Shown here: positions 12,182 through 24,225 of the stretch, piece after piece
Layout: each line of letters begins with the position of its first letter
Numbering within the stretch: the first letter of the stretch is position 1
NCBI RefSeq assembly: GCF_000143415.4
Contig: NW_003314337.1
Span: 140,559 to 204,558 of the forward strand
Reading direction: 5' to 3'
DNA: 64,000 nt
Origin: Selaginella moellendorffii
Taxonomy: Eukaryota; Plantae; Lycopodiophyta
Translations under genes and position numbers: made by a program
The notes under the pieces: model-generated
The model's database searches: none
Told to the model about the DNA's origin: nothing
Seen by the model: the letters and a program-made list of their open reading frames with translations, nothing else

Positions 12182-14160
12182 ATGGAGCAGCACCGATGCT
12201 CCTGCAGCTGCGGGGCGTCATGTTGCACAGGCGGGGGTCGGCAGCCGAGGAGCCTGTCCGCCAGGGGCACCAAGGCACTCCTCCCCTTCTCGCCCTACAT
12301 CCAAGCAATGAACGAGGCCAAGAGCTTCGCCTGGTCTCCTACCAATCCCCATGGCTACTTCCTGGTCTGTATGTAGGCATCTCGCTCGCTGGCCGGCACC
12401 TCGCCTTACTCCGCTCCACTCACTGCTTGCAGATGGCAACGGCAGAAAGTGTTCTCTCCTTCGACTTAATCCACGACAAGATCAGGTTGGCGCACTTCTT
12501 TTCAATCCAGTCTTACACTTGTATTCCTCGTTTTATTCCCACCCAGGAGCTGCAGGGAGATCCCACCCACAGCTGGGCTGTACAGCAACTTTAGAGGTGG
12601 ACAAGCACTGAGAAATGCGCTCGCCAAGATGATGCAAAGGACGTTCATGGGTGTTGAGGTGGTGGCCTGTGTCGTCGTCCAACAATCTCTAACACGCTCT
12701 CCTCCGTTGCTTGCAGATCGACCCCTCGCACATTTGCATCTCAAGTGGTGTCACAGCGTAAGCTTGTCAAAGAGCCTGGCTAACACCCTCACACACCGCT
12801 GTGCCTTTTAACAGTGTGCTCGATCTTTTCTTCTTTGCAACCTGCGACCCAGGAGATGGCTGTTTGATTCCTGCCCCTTATTTCCCAGCGTTTGACAATG
12901 ACATGAACATTCGAGTAACTTTACAAGCGCTGTCTGGGACCGTTTTCATGCTTGCGTTGCGATGCAGAACGAGGTAGCGCCGCTGCCGGTGCAACCTAAA
13001 GACACACATACGTACATTCCTACCGTTGCTGAGATGGATGCAGCTGTTGACGAGGCTGCAAAGAGAAACGTCCGCGCCAGAGTTTTGCTCATCACCAATC
13101 CTGGCAACCCGCTGGGGACACTGTATCCCGAAGCTACACTCAAGGTACACTTGCTGTTCTGCCATGACATTTCAAGTGTGACACCGGTGGCAGGAGCTTT
13201 TGCTATGGGCCGTTCGAAGGGAAATGCATGTCCTTTCGGATGAAATCTACGCCAATTCCAAGTTTGGGTATGTGTTTCGTTTACTTTGGCTCACCTTGTT
13301 GTTTGCTCTTCTAAAGCACATCAGAGGACGAGTTTGTGAGCTTGGAGAAGGTGGCGCAAAACGCCGTGGAGGAAAAGCTTCTGTCACCCGAGATGGTTGC
13401 CGAGTTTGTCCATACAGCATATGGCATGAGCAAAGATTTCGGGATGAACGGGTTCCGGGTGGGGTGCCTTCACACGAAAAACGGAGACCTCTTGAATGTG
13501 AGTAACCTTACTATATAAAAGATAATCCCCGTCTGTAACGAGCGTCTCGCTTCTCTTTTGCAGCTATGGCAAAACATGGGAATGTTTGCAGCCGTGTCCA
13601 ACGACACACAGCATGCTCTGGCAGTCATGCTCCAAGACGATACCTTTGTTGACTTTTACGTGGAGGAGAACAAGAGGTAAGTTCTTCCTTGTAGTTGCCA
13701 AAGCTCAAGCAACTTGTCTGCAGGCGTTTGAAGAATTCCTACAATCTTCTCACAAGTGCGTTCACTTCTGTCAAGCTAAACTACATGCCTGCATGCGCAG
13801 CAATGTTTTGTTGGCTGGACCTACGAAGTCTGTTAACCGAGGTAAGGCTTCACAGCAGCTTCTTTTTTGTTCCTGACTTGGTCACTTGAGCCAGTGCACG
13901 TTTGAAGCCGAGCGAGCATTATGGAAGGAGATTCTCGAGGACTGTAAGGTGCTCTTGACTCCAGGTAAGCCTAATATGCACAGTTTTCCCTCTCAAATAT
14001 TTTCACAAAAACAACAGGAGAAGCATGCCACTATGCTGAGCCAGGATTCTTCCGCGTCTGCTATGCGTCCATGCCACCGGAGCACCTCCAGGTTGCTTGC
14101 ACTCGCTTGACATCGTTTGTAGAGAAGAAAAGGCGCAAAAGAAAGTTGTCGAGCGCGTGA
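12182..14160 (+). CDS. ACC-synthase-like PLP-dependent aminotransferase (class I/II)
   Basis: NPHGYFLMATAES, PAPYFPAFDNDM, LITNPGNPLGT, SDEIYANSKF, YGMSKDFGMNGFRVG (PLP lysine) and EPGFFRVCYA. Confidence 0.88.
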
Positions 14161-14261
14161 GTCACATAGTTTTAAGTTTGATCTTACATCACGTCTCTCT
14201 AAGGAACTAGAATTTGCCGACCATGAGAAGGAAGTCTTTCGGAAAATTTTCTAGTCGTGCT

Positions 14262-15730
14262 TCACTCATCGACCTCTCCTTCAACACCCAATTTGAGATG
14301 TAGGTGTTTCTCACGCTTTTGAAACTCCGTAATCCCCTTACCGCTGCCCGTAACGCCCACTTTCCCCCTGGGATCGTCGGGAGACTTGAATATACTCTCC
14401 TTCTTGCGCCCTGTAAAGAAGCCGACCTGCAAGTAGCTTCAGTCCACTTCCTAGCAATGCAAAGCTCACCTTTTTTGATTTGCCTTTGGCTGTCTGGAAC
14501 TGCTGCCAAGCATTCTGCCGCTTGTTCTGGGCGACTTCCATCTGCTCCAGCCGAAGCTTGGATTTGAAGGCATGAATCTTCTTCTTCTTGACTTGTCGCT
14601 GGAAGAGGCACACGCTGGTGTGTTAGTACGGGGAAACAGACGAGGAACCAGAGGCGTACAATTTCCTCAGGGTCGTCAGGTTTTATCTTCAACTTCTGCG
14701 GCAGATCTCTAGGAACAACTCCAACGTCGGCTGCCAATGCAATCTTTCGCTTTATGGCTTGCCTGGTTGCCTCGGCTTCCCTTTCCGCCTCCACAAGCTT
14801 GTCGTCGTCAAGGTTTACTTGCCTAATGTTGGCGGCATCTACCTGAGCATGCACGCATGAAAGAACGTGAGTGAAGTGTAACCCGTAACGCTAAGTTCAC
14901 TTGCCTCCTCTTCATTGTTCCACCCGTCGTACATCACCAGGTATCCATTTGGTGTGACGGCGCGAATTGTGCCGTTGTACCTGACAGGAAGTGTCCATGA
15001 GGTTCAAAAACAGAAACAAAGGCCATCGATACCATTCACCGTCTTCGCTCCATACCGCCTGCACCTTGGTTCCAATGGCCATAGTTTCATGTGCCTCTTC
15101 CTCCTCGTCCTCCTCGTCCTCCTCGTGTTGCTGCTCTCCTTGCTCCTCCTGCCCATAAGAGTGAGTGCACGAAAGGAGAAAAGGAAGAAGGGAAAACAAA
15201 ACATGTTGCTGAAGATGCTGCTGCTGATCCTGGTCCTCTGCATCATCAAGGTCCACGTCCACTTGTTTTGCCAATTGGATCACCTGGCAACACACAAGAC
15301 GGTAACTACGACAGTAATTGGCAGGCGAGGGAAATCGCAGTCCAGATGAGATAGGAGGTTATAAACCCTGGTACTAAGTTAACGGACCAACAATACCCCT
15401 TTTGTTTGGTGCCACAGATAAATTCAGCAATCTCCTTCCCTTCTTCTCCTCCAAAACTGTAGTGCCTGAACAAGATACCGGTGATTCCTTTAGGCCACCA
15501 GCAAGGCGGGTTTACCACACCTCACGCACACGCTCACGCAGGCGCACAAAGCTATAGGGCAAACGGCTTACCTCTCTCAGTTGCTTGGCCATTTCCTGGT
15601 ACTCGACATTGTGTGGCTCCTTGGCCAGCAGGCGATTCACCTGCAGCAGCAGCAAGTGAGAGTGGGCGGCCGGCGGCCGGGCAGGGGAAGCACACACCTG
15701 TTCCAGCTGCTTCTCGAAATCATCGTCCAT
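14262..15730 (-). CDS. SPF30: Tudor-domain splicing factor SPF30/SMNDC1
   Basis: IGTKVQAVWSEDGEWY Tudor domain, LPQKLKIKPDDPE, KKKIHAFKSK, QNAWQQFQT, SIFKSPDDP.GKVGVTGSG. Confidence 0.92.
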
Positions 15731-15847
15731 GGCGCGCAACGCAACACAGCCAGTTGGGCAAACCCTAGGTCATCCGCGAGTGGATCAAGTCTTTATACGT
15801 ATGTATATTCAATTGAGTGACAGCACGAGAGACAACACAAATTCGGT

Positions 15848-16861
15848 TCAGGGCTCCATCACCTCCATCTGGATGTCGGGGTCCTTGAGCGGCACATACT
15901 CCCCCAGGTAAGCGTCCAGGTGATCCGACAACACCATCCGGTCAATGCTCTCGTGGTGGAACGACTTGACGGAGAAGTAAAAGAGGCTCTGCAGCAGCAT
16001 CCCCAGCAGGTTGACGAGCGTGAGCAGCGCCACCAGCAGCGCCGCCAGCGACAAGCGAGGCCCAGCCGACGGCAGCCTCGAGTTGGCGCTCACCACCCTG
16101 GCGTGGAACAGGGCCGCAATGATTCCCGAGGCGACCATGTGGGTGAAGACGAGGCATGAGCCGACCATCCGCTTGCCCTTCACCACCCGGGCGCTTTTCT
16201 TGAGCGCCGCGATGCCATAGTGCTCCTCCAGCACCGTGATGACGCTGGCCAGGTGCCAGATGACGTTGAGGTAGACCTGGAGGGCGAAGAAGGCGAGCGC
16301 CAGCAGCAGCAGCAGCGGGAGCAAGAGGGCGGGCACGCTGCCCAGCGCCACCAGCAGCAGCCCAACGGAGACGATGAAGGTGACGTGGTACGCAAACATG
16401 ATGAGGAACACCCACAAGAAGGTTACCATGAGCCGCTTCCACACCCGGGGCACCACGCCTAGTACCTTGGCCACCGTCACGCTCTTGTCCACGTATATGC
16501 ATGCTACGCTGTACACCACCGCCGCCGTGGACAGCAGCGAGAAGGCGAGCACGAAGACGAGGTAGGCGAGCAGGAGGGTGCCGAGCCTGCCAAGCTCCGA
16601 GTAGAGCTCCCTCCGCGTGTGGACGACGGCGGCGCTGTGGCCCTCGCTCCTCTCCACCGCAAGCATCTCCTCGTTGAGCCGTATCCGGTTGAGCAGCGGA
16701 TCTGTGACGAGCGTGTGCCCCAGCAGCGCAAAAGACAGCGGCAGCACCAGAATCAGCGCAAACCGGGCCATCAATCGGGCATGGCGCACCAGCAGCTTGA
16801 ACGATTCCTTGAAGAAGCCAAAGAAGCCCAGGAACTGCATCTCCTCCACATCCATGTCCAT
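15848..16861 (-). CDS. Intronless multi-pass plant membrane protein (At5g44860/At1g31130-like)
   Basis: 337-aa ORF with LILVLPLSFALL, FSLLSTAAVVYSVAC, VPRVWKRLMVTF and KSFHHESIDR...LGEYVPL, typical of this family. Confidence 0.88.
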   Translation of the reverse strand: MDMDVEEMQFLGFFGFFKESFKLLVRHARLMARFALILVLPLSFALLGHTLVTDPLLNRIRLNEEMLAVERSEGHSAAVVHTRRELYSELGRLGTLLLAYLVFVLAFSLLSTAAVVYSVACIYVDKSVTVAKVLGVVPRVWKRLMVTFLWVFLIMFAYHVTFIVSVGLLLVALGSVPALLLPLLLLLALAFFALQVYLNVIWHLASVITVLEEHYGIAALKKSARVVKGKRMVGSCLVFTHMVASGIIAALFHARVVSANSRLPSAGPRLSLAALLVALLTLVNLLGMLLQSLFYFSVKSFHHESIDRMVLSDHLDAYLGEYVPLKDPDIQMEVMEP

Positions 16862-16921
16862 GCCGCTCTACCGCCCTGCCCTATGACGAACAACGCGCAA
16901 CCTAGCCTAGGGCTTTGACCC

Positions 16922-19176
16922 ATGGGTGTGCACAAGTTGTGGGAGATATTGGAGCCCGCCAAGGAGCGGGTCCCGCTCGACTTGCTCGTGTAGGCCCTTC
17001 TTGCTCCCTCCCTCCCTGATTGTGTTGCTCTACTCACCGCCGCTAAATGCTTGCCCAGGGGACAAGGCGTCTGCATTGATCTGTCATATTGGATCATCCA
17101 GCTCAACAAGGTGAATGGCGGCGCTGTCAAGGACAAGCCGCATCTACGGGGCCTGTTTCACAGGATTCGGGCGCTCCTCGCCCTCAACTGCCATCTCATC
17201 TTCGTTACTGGTGTGCGCCTCTGCCTCTTGCCCAGGCTACACTTCTTTTAAACCTCACGGTCACGGGCACAGATGGAGCTGTCCCCGCCGCCAAAGCTGG
17301 CACCTATGTGCAGCGTCTCGCCAGGGCGCGCCAGCCTCTTCGTCCGCAAAGACAGGTCTGTGCGTCCCTTCATCTCTTGCTGTCGTATGTCACGCAAATG
17401 CCCAACCAGGTTGCCGGCCTACCGCTCAAGCGTAACAAGGGCTCAGAGTTTGGTCGCATGGTGGAGGACGCCACGGCGCTAGCCACCGCATTTGGTATCC
17501 CATGCCTCGTCAGGTACTTCTTTCGCTCTCGAAAATATGTTGCTCATTCTTCCAAACACCTATCTAGCCTCGAGGAAGCTGAAGCTCAGTGCGCGGCACT
17601 CAATGCTATGGGCTTTGCCGTAAGCTGCTCCGTCTTGTTCTTCCCAAAATGTATAAACAAACATGCGCGCTCCCGCAGGACGCTTGTTTCACCGCGGACT
17701 CGGACGCGCTCCTCTTTGGTGCCAAAGTCGTGTATAAGGATATAAGTCTCAAGCCAGGTTAGGTGGTGCTCCATTCAAAATGATAGTCTTCACTTTCTAT
17801 GCAGGTGAAAGCCACGTTGTAGCATATGACATGACAAAGATCCGAAATGCATTTGGATACGGCAGGAACTCTCTGGTATGCCACGCTAATTTCTTTTCTA
17901 ACTGATCATCGCACAGATTGCTCTCGGAATCCTGCTGGGATGCGACTATTTTCCTGGCGTGCACGGGTTGGGACCGGTACGCAGCCGTTTTCCTAAGAGT
18001 GTCTAGAATGCCACTCGTTTCATTTTACAGGAGAAAGCCCAGCAGATAGTCAAAAAGTTTGGCGAAGACAAAATTCTCGAAGAGATGCTCCGTCAAGGTC
18101 CCGTAACGTTGGCTAAGAGGACGTTAAAATGCAAAGACAAAGCAAACTCGACGGTAGCTAGCGACGGTAAAAGTTACTAACAAGGCACTGCTTTGTGGCC
18201 TTTGACATTGGACGTGTGTAGCAGCTCATGGTTTTTCTGAAGACGACAACATGGCTTGCAAGGCCATATTTGCTTATACCCATCCAAAATGCCACGCCCA
18301 AACATCTGAGGCTGTACACAGGCAAGTAAATATGCTGATAAAGAAAGACGAGAGCCGGGTTTCTGTTGCAGCGTGCTGCTGGGTGGACGTCTCCAAATGG
18401 ATACCATCAGAAGAATATGCATGCAAGAATTCGACTGGTCTTTTGAGAAAACAGGTCAGCCACGATATCCTTCCTTGACAGGACAGTCTAGTATTGCTAA
18501 CTTTGATGCAGATGATTACATTCTTCCAAAACTGGCTGAGCGAGACGTGCATAGGATGGCATCCATGCAAGCAGCCAGTTCCGGGGTAAACTTGGCGGGA
18601 CTTCAATTCAAAATCTCAGAAATTGTCAAGAAGCGGCAGCTTCGGGGCGTGGATCACTACGAAGTGAAATGGGTTGGAAATCCTGACATTCCTAGTAGCG
18701 CTGTTCGTGCCGAACTCGTACAGAGGTATTGCCACCGTTTTGTTTGTTCATCAGAATCTAACACTGCGCTGCATCCCAGAGCCTACCCCTCCAAGGTCGC
18801 AGAGTTCATGGCCAAGTTGGCCCTCAAAGGCGGCAAGAGCACAAGGCGTCCAAATGATTTGGTGACCAGCGACCTGTGTGGAAGGCTGAATAAGATGACG
18901 GTGGAAGACGGGAAGACAAGCATGAACAAGATGGCGGTAAAAGACGACTGGAAGACAATGGTGGAAGTGAAAGACGACGGGGAGACGCCTTCCATCATCG
19001 ACGCCTTCCACCACATCAAGCAGAATGACGCTAGTAGGCTGGAGGTGATTGATCTCACGTCCCCGGTGGGCAAGGGCATTCATCTCGTTGAAGCCTCAGA
19101 TAACGATGACGACGACGACTTAAAGCACCAAGCACGAGTGAGGCAGTTGAAGAGCTTCATTGCTAGCATAAAGTGA
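16922..19176 (+). CDS. SEND1: XPG/Rad2-family nuclease, SEND1/GEN-type Holliday junction resolvase
   Basis: MGVHKLWEILEP, IDLSYWIIQL, FVTDG, EAEAQCAALN, DSDALLFGA, LLGCDYFPGVHGLG, and a chromodomain-like IVKKRQLRGVDHYEVKW. Confidence 0.85.
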
Positions 19177-19240
19177 TGGTCCAATTGAGGTCGCGGTGAG
19201 AAAGACAATCTTACAAGCCGGCACAAGTCTGCGAGTGGTT

Positions 19241-21649
19241 TCATTCCAGGAAGAACCCCACTATGCGGCTATACCCGAAGGACAGGATGACATCCGACCT
19301 TTTCACCTCCGGGCCCTTCGTTGCTACTGGAGGGACTTCATCTTGTCCACGCAACACGCGGGCAACGAACGCGTCATAAGTCAAATGCGCTGGGAAGAAG
19401 CCGTCTCTGATGAGTTGCGAGAAAATGCGTTGGGCAACTCCCAGGTCCCGTTGCTCCAGTATTCCGTCAATGACAATATTCCAGGTTGCGGGTGTGTAGC
19501 TGCAATGCTGCTTCATCTCGCGGAGAAGCAAGTGTGCTTCATCCAGGAGCTCGTTCTTGCACAAGCAGTGAAGGAGCGTGTTGTACGTAATGGCGTCGGG
19601 CAGGACGCCTTGGCCCTTCATCTTGTCAATAATCTGCCGGGCTGCTTGCAGGCGATTGTCACGGCAGAGGGCGTGAATGAGGATGGTGTAAGTGGCCACT
19701 GAAGGGGAGACGCCGTTGTTTAACATCTCGGCCCACAAGTGCGCCACCCCAGCTTCCTGCTTGGCCCCGGACAAGCCGTGGAGCACGATGTTGTAGAGGG
19801 CGAGATCCGGCCTCAGCCCCTGGCCTGTTGCTGCTTGGTACACTTCTTCGACCTTGCTCAGGTCTCCGGCCTTGAAGTAGGCGTGTACGAGGAGAGAGTA
19901 GCTCACAAGGGTGGGCTTGTCGATCTCGCTAAACAGCCTTGCAGCTTCACTCAGGTTGTTGAGCTTGAGCAGGCCATAGAGGAAGCTGTTGTACGTGACC
20001 GCATCCGCCTGACCAAGCCTCTTCACCATCGCCCTCCACACCCGGGCGGCTTCCAGCACTTTGTCCGCCTTGCACAGAAAGTGGATGACAATGCTGTAGG
20101 TGCGCTTGTCTGGACGATCCCCGTTGCTCCCAAACATGTGCTCCAGGCAGGTGTAGAGCAGAGCCAGAGTGTCCTCCTCCACCGAGCATGACTCTTGCAT
20201 GGCCTCGGAGAAGAGCGCCTGGCCAAGCTTTCCAAACTCCCGGCGCTGCCGCTCCATGATTGCATGCTTGCATATCCCACTCACGAGCGTATTCTTGTTG
20301 TTGATGGAGGGTGTGCACCCTTTGCTGGGCATGCTTCTCAAGAGCGCGAACGCGTCTTCCAGCTTGCCGGCCTTGCACAGGCTATGGATGAGGCAGTTGT
20401 ATGTGACGGTGTTGGGGCTGCAGCCGGCTGCCTGCATTTGCTGGAGTAGCACCATGGCGGCATCACGCCTGCCCGCCTTGCAAAGCCCGTCAATGACACT
20501 GGTGTAGGTGACCACGTTCGGGGGAACCCGCTGCGCTTGCATGGCCCGCATCAGCTCCAGCGCCCGGTCGCAATCGCTTGAGCACAACGCGTGGATAACA
20601 GTGGACAAGGTGACAGCATCCGCGCAAGCTGAAGGCCTGCTCTTGCCCAGTACGTCCCATGCCTCGTCCGTTCTCCCGGCTTTGCACAGGCCGCACACCA
20701 GAGAGTTGAAGGCGAGGTGGCTGACACGGAAGCCTCTGCTCCTCATCTCCTGGTATATCTCCACACACGTATCCAGCCTCCCTGATCTGCAGCAGCCCAG
20801 AGCCACAAGGTTGTAGGTGACGCGGTCGGCCTGGGCGCGTATGGTCAGGAAAGTCCCAAGAGCGGCCTCCACCTCCCCTGCCTCGACAAAGCCTCGGATG
20901 AGCGCGTTGTGGAGCCTCGCGCTCGTGTTGTCGTCATGCATGAGGCCCATGCAGTCGAGGCTGGCCAGGAACGTGGTGGCCGATTCAACCTCACCAGCAA
21001 GGCCCAATCCACCAAGAATGGCCTTGCAAATGCGATGTGTGGGAAACAGCCGCGTCGTGTCAACCATAGCTCGGTAAACGGACAGCGCGGTGTCGCATTG
21101 ACCTGCGTCCATGACAACTCGGATGAGAGCCTCGTAAGTCCTCGCCACTGGGGTGCACGAGAAGTCATCGCTCATCCTCTTCAAGGTGGCCACTGCACCT
21201 TTCACATCGCCGGCTCGGCCATAGCACTTGATCACGGTGGAGAAGATGCCGGCGGGTATGTGAAGATGAGCACGCTTGTCCATCTCCTCCATAAGATCCC
21301 ACATTTGCTCGAACTGCCAAGCCTTGGCCAGGCCCACAATCACCCGGGCGTAGCTGCTGTAGCTCACCTCTGCCTGTGCAGTTGCAGCCCATCTGAGAAA
21401 CAGGAAGGCGGCGCCGGCGTCGTCCTTGATCTTCTTGACAATGTGAGCAACGAGTCCCTTGGAAAGGCTCAAGTTGAGGCTACCTAGTGCAGCCCGCTTG
21501 TCTTCCACACTCAAGCCGCCATTACACAGAATGTTTGTGATCTCGCCGATCTCAGCAATGCCTGTGCCAGAGCTAAACGAAGCCCAACATCTACCTTCTG
21601 CTCCTCTCAAGCCCGCAACCCTGTGCTTTCCCAGACGGCCAAGGAGCAT
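19241..21649 (-). CDS. P-class pentatricopeptide repeat protein, intronless, probably organellar
   Basis: Repeated 35-aa motifs (VVTYTSVIDGLCKAG, TVTYNCLIHSLCKAG). First ATG at 21649; the ORF-track start at 21676 is a GTG. Confidence 0.93.
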   Translation of the reverse strand: MLLGRLGKHRVAGLRGAEGRCWASFSSGTGIAEIGEITNILCNGGLSVEDKRAALGSLNLSLSKGLVAHIVKKIKDDAGAAFLFLRWAATAQAEVSYSSYARVIVGLAKAWQFEQMWDLMEEMDKRAHLHIPAGIFSTVIKCYGRAGDVKGAVATLKRMSDDFSCTPVARTYEALIRVVMDAGQCDTALSVYRAMVDTTRLFPTHRICKAILGGLGLAGEVESATTFLASLDCMGLMHDDNTSARLHNALIRGFVEAGEVEAALGTFLTIRAQADRVTYNLVALGCCRSGRLDTCVEIYQEMRSRGFRVSHLAFNSLVCGLCKAGRTDEAWDVLGKSRPSACADAVTLSTVIHALCSSDCDRALELMRAMQAQRVPPNVVTYTSVIDGLCKAGRRDAAMVLLQQMQAAGCSPNTVTYNCLIHSLCKAGKLEDAFALLRSMPSKGCTPSINNKNTLVSGICKHAIMERQRREFGKLGQALFSEAMQESCSVEEDTLALLYTCLEHMFGSNGDRPDKRTYSIVIHFLCKADKVLEAARVWRAMVKRLGQADAVTYNSFLYGLLKLNNLSEAARLFSEIDKPTLVSYSLLVHAYFKAGDLSKVEEVYQAATGQGLRPDLALYNIVLHGLSGAKQEAGVAHLWAEMLNNGVSPSVATYTILIHALCRDNRLQAARQIIDKMKGQGVLPDAITYNTLLHCLCKNELLDEAHLLLREMKQHCSYTPATWNIVIDGILEQRDLGVAQRIFSQLIRDGFFPAHLTYDAFVARVLRGQDEVPPVATKGPEVKRSDVILSFGYSRIVGFFLE

Positions 21650-21718
21650 CCCCCCATATCCTCTGCTTCGTTTCACATAGCAGGAGCATTACCTAAAACA
21701 AAATAATTGTTCTTTTGA

Positions 21719-23983
21719 TCAGTGCCGTGGAACAAATACTGGGGATTGCTGCGAGCGTGCAACGCTGCTCCGAGTCAACAGCCTTGTATCCTGCTGCTGC
21801 TGAACCAAGAAAGTGGGAGCACTCGCATCTTCTCTAGCCCTGTCTGTGTTTGGCGTCACCATTGGGCCCCCGTAGAATATCGATGACCCGCTGTACAAGA
21901 GCTTGTCGGATGCAGGCCTGAGGGTGTCGGCTACTCCTCTTACCGCGCCCGTTGCAGCAATGCTGGGAATCGTCGCGTTGTGACTCGTCCGATCCACGCT
22001 CTCGCCACCCGATGCTTCATACCCGTCGCTTGTAAGCCACTGCCTCTCTCTGCTGCTGCACTTCTTCTCGTTAACGAGCGGGCTCAGCCGCCCCGAGCCA
22101 CTCATTGAACAGCTCGGGCTGCTATAACCGCTCCCTATGCCTTTAGCCAGCTTCAACTTGGAGGAAGGAAGCCCCGGGGCATACCTCCTCCCATACATCT
22201 CAATGTTGCTCAGGCTGCTTCTCGTGCTCACGTTGCTGCTGGTACCATACTCCGTCTCTGATATCTTCACGTCTTGGTGAGAACCAGCTGCCGCTACTGG
22301 GCGTAAGGTAGACGAGCTTGCTCTCGCCTTCAGCACCGCCTTGGCAGCCTCGTCCGGGTTTAGCTTGGCCAGCTTCCACGCACTGATCTTGACAGTGCGT
22401 TTTTGTGACCTCGACTCTCGCCTGCTAATGGAGCTGACGGTGTCGGGATCTTGCGTCGAGGACAACTTACCAGGCCCCAAATGTGGGACAATCTCATCCT
22501 GACAAGGTAAAGACTATCCCGTCAGTCCAAAGTGCAAACGGCAAGTCATCAAATACCTCGTCCACAAATATTCTGGGAGGTGTACACCAGGCACCCCTGT
22601 ATTGCAGGCCCATATTCAACGAGCTGGATACGCTTAAGCCGGTTGCGTTTGAGCTGGTGGGAGATGAAGGAGCACTGGCACCCTCACCGTCGTTTGAAGC
22701 TCCTTGGCCCTCGCTTTGGGCCCTCATTGCTACCACATACTCGTAAGTCGAAATTCCCTGGCAAGATCCAACCACAAGTTTCAGGGAAAGCCAAACGACC
22801 GAGAGTAAACAACGGGGAGTACCTTTCGGATTAAAATAACATGGAAGAAGAAGAGCTCCCCGAGCGGTAAAGACGCTAGCAAAGAGACAAGTGTGCAACA
22901 GAGCTGCATTTGCAAAAAGAGAGTCAAAAAAGAGATGGACTCAGGTACGTGCACTACGTTACCACAACAGCTGCAAACGGGGCCCTGGTGAAGCTGTCGC
23001 CTAGCTTTCTTGCAATCTCCTCTTGAGTGGCTCTCTTGTTAACAAAGCACTGGACTAAGACGGCCGTCCCCATGCCCCACTCAAGCATAAGCTGCACAAA
23101 CGATTGAGCTTGAGATGGCAGGATGCGGAGTGTAAGGATGCATGTACCAACCAGGGTGAGGCTGGTAGCCATGAGCGAAACAAAAGTCACGTAGTTCTTC
23201 TTCCCCACGCAGTTGTTAAGCCACTGAGACGAGGAAACCACCGTTTGTCTGAGTCCTTCTAAATCTCAAGCGACCCTACTTACGCGACAGTGGTGGTCGA
23301 AGCCGTCAACGCACTTGTCACAGCTCCTGCAATGCTTGCTGAACTTGCGCACCTAGGTAGAAACAATGGTAAATGCCATGCACACATTGCTCGTCCTGAC
23401 GATTACCTCGGCATTGCACAGGGTGCAAAAGAGCATGTCCTCGTCGGTCACGGGGCCGGGGCTTGGGCTGCTCCTGCAGCCGTCGTCGGCAGCGAAGCAT
23501 GCACACACCAGAAAGTGCGGCGCAGGCTGCTCGGGGATCCACCCTCCACCTCCTGCCTCAGCGCTCGAAAACTTGTCTCCGGGCGAGGAGAGGGGCAGCG
23601 CTGACAGGACGTGCTTCTTCTCGTATGTGCGGAAGCCCTTGTGACCAGTGAAGATCCCGGAGTCGGACGGATCGATGGCCGAGCAGCGAATGTAGAGCAG
23701 AAACACCGCCAAGGCCTAGATGCAAGAGCGTTAGCGCGCGAGCACAAGAGATGCGAGGGGGATACACATACCACGGGGGTGTAGAGCGCGATTGAAGCGT
23801 ATTCCAGGCTGCTACTGCCCAGGAAAGGAGCCACAAACACATAGAATGCAATCGCGAGGAGGAAAAAGAGCGTGATGGCAACCACCTGGAATGCAAAGGA
23901 TCCCATGAGCAGATCTCCAGCCGCCACGAGCCACATACCTGGAACGCATGGGCAGGGAGCTGCCAGCCATGGCGCCGCACCAT
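21719..23983 (-). CDS. DHHC protein S-acyltransferase (PAT19/20/22-like)
   Basis: [72 protein letters not shown]. Confidence 0.93.
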
Positions 23984-24225
23984 TGTCAGCGCATCGAGTC
24001 AAGGAGGAGGGCCGAGGGAGGAGCGTTACGAAGCGCGAGGCGCCGCCCCTTTTTGGTGTGGGAGGGATATATAAGCAGCAGGGAAAAAGAAAAGCCCTTG
24101 GAAATATTGTGGTGAGCGGGAAGAGAGCCGTTCGTTGATCCAACCATTGATAGCTAAAATTAAAATATAACCATGTACAGTCTAGTCTCGTGTGCGTGGG
24201 GGGCGCGCTCGAGTAGTTTATCAAG

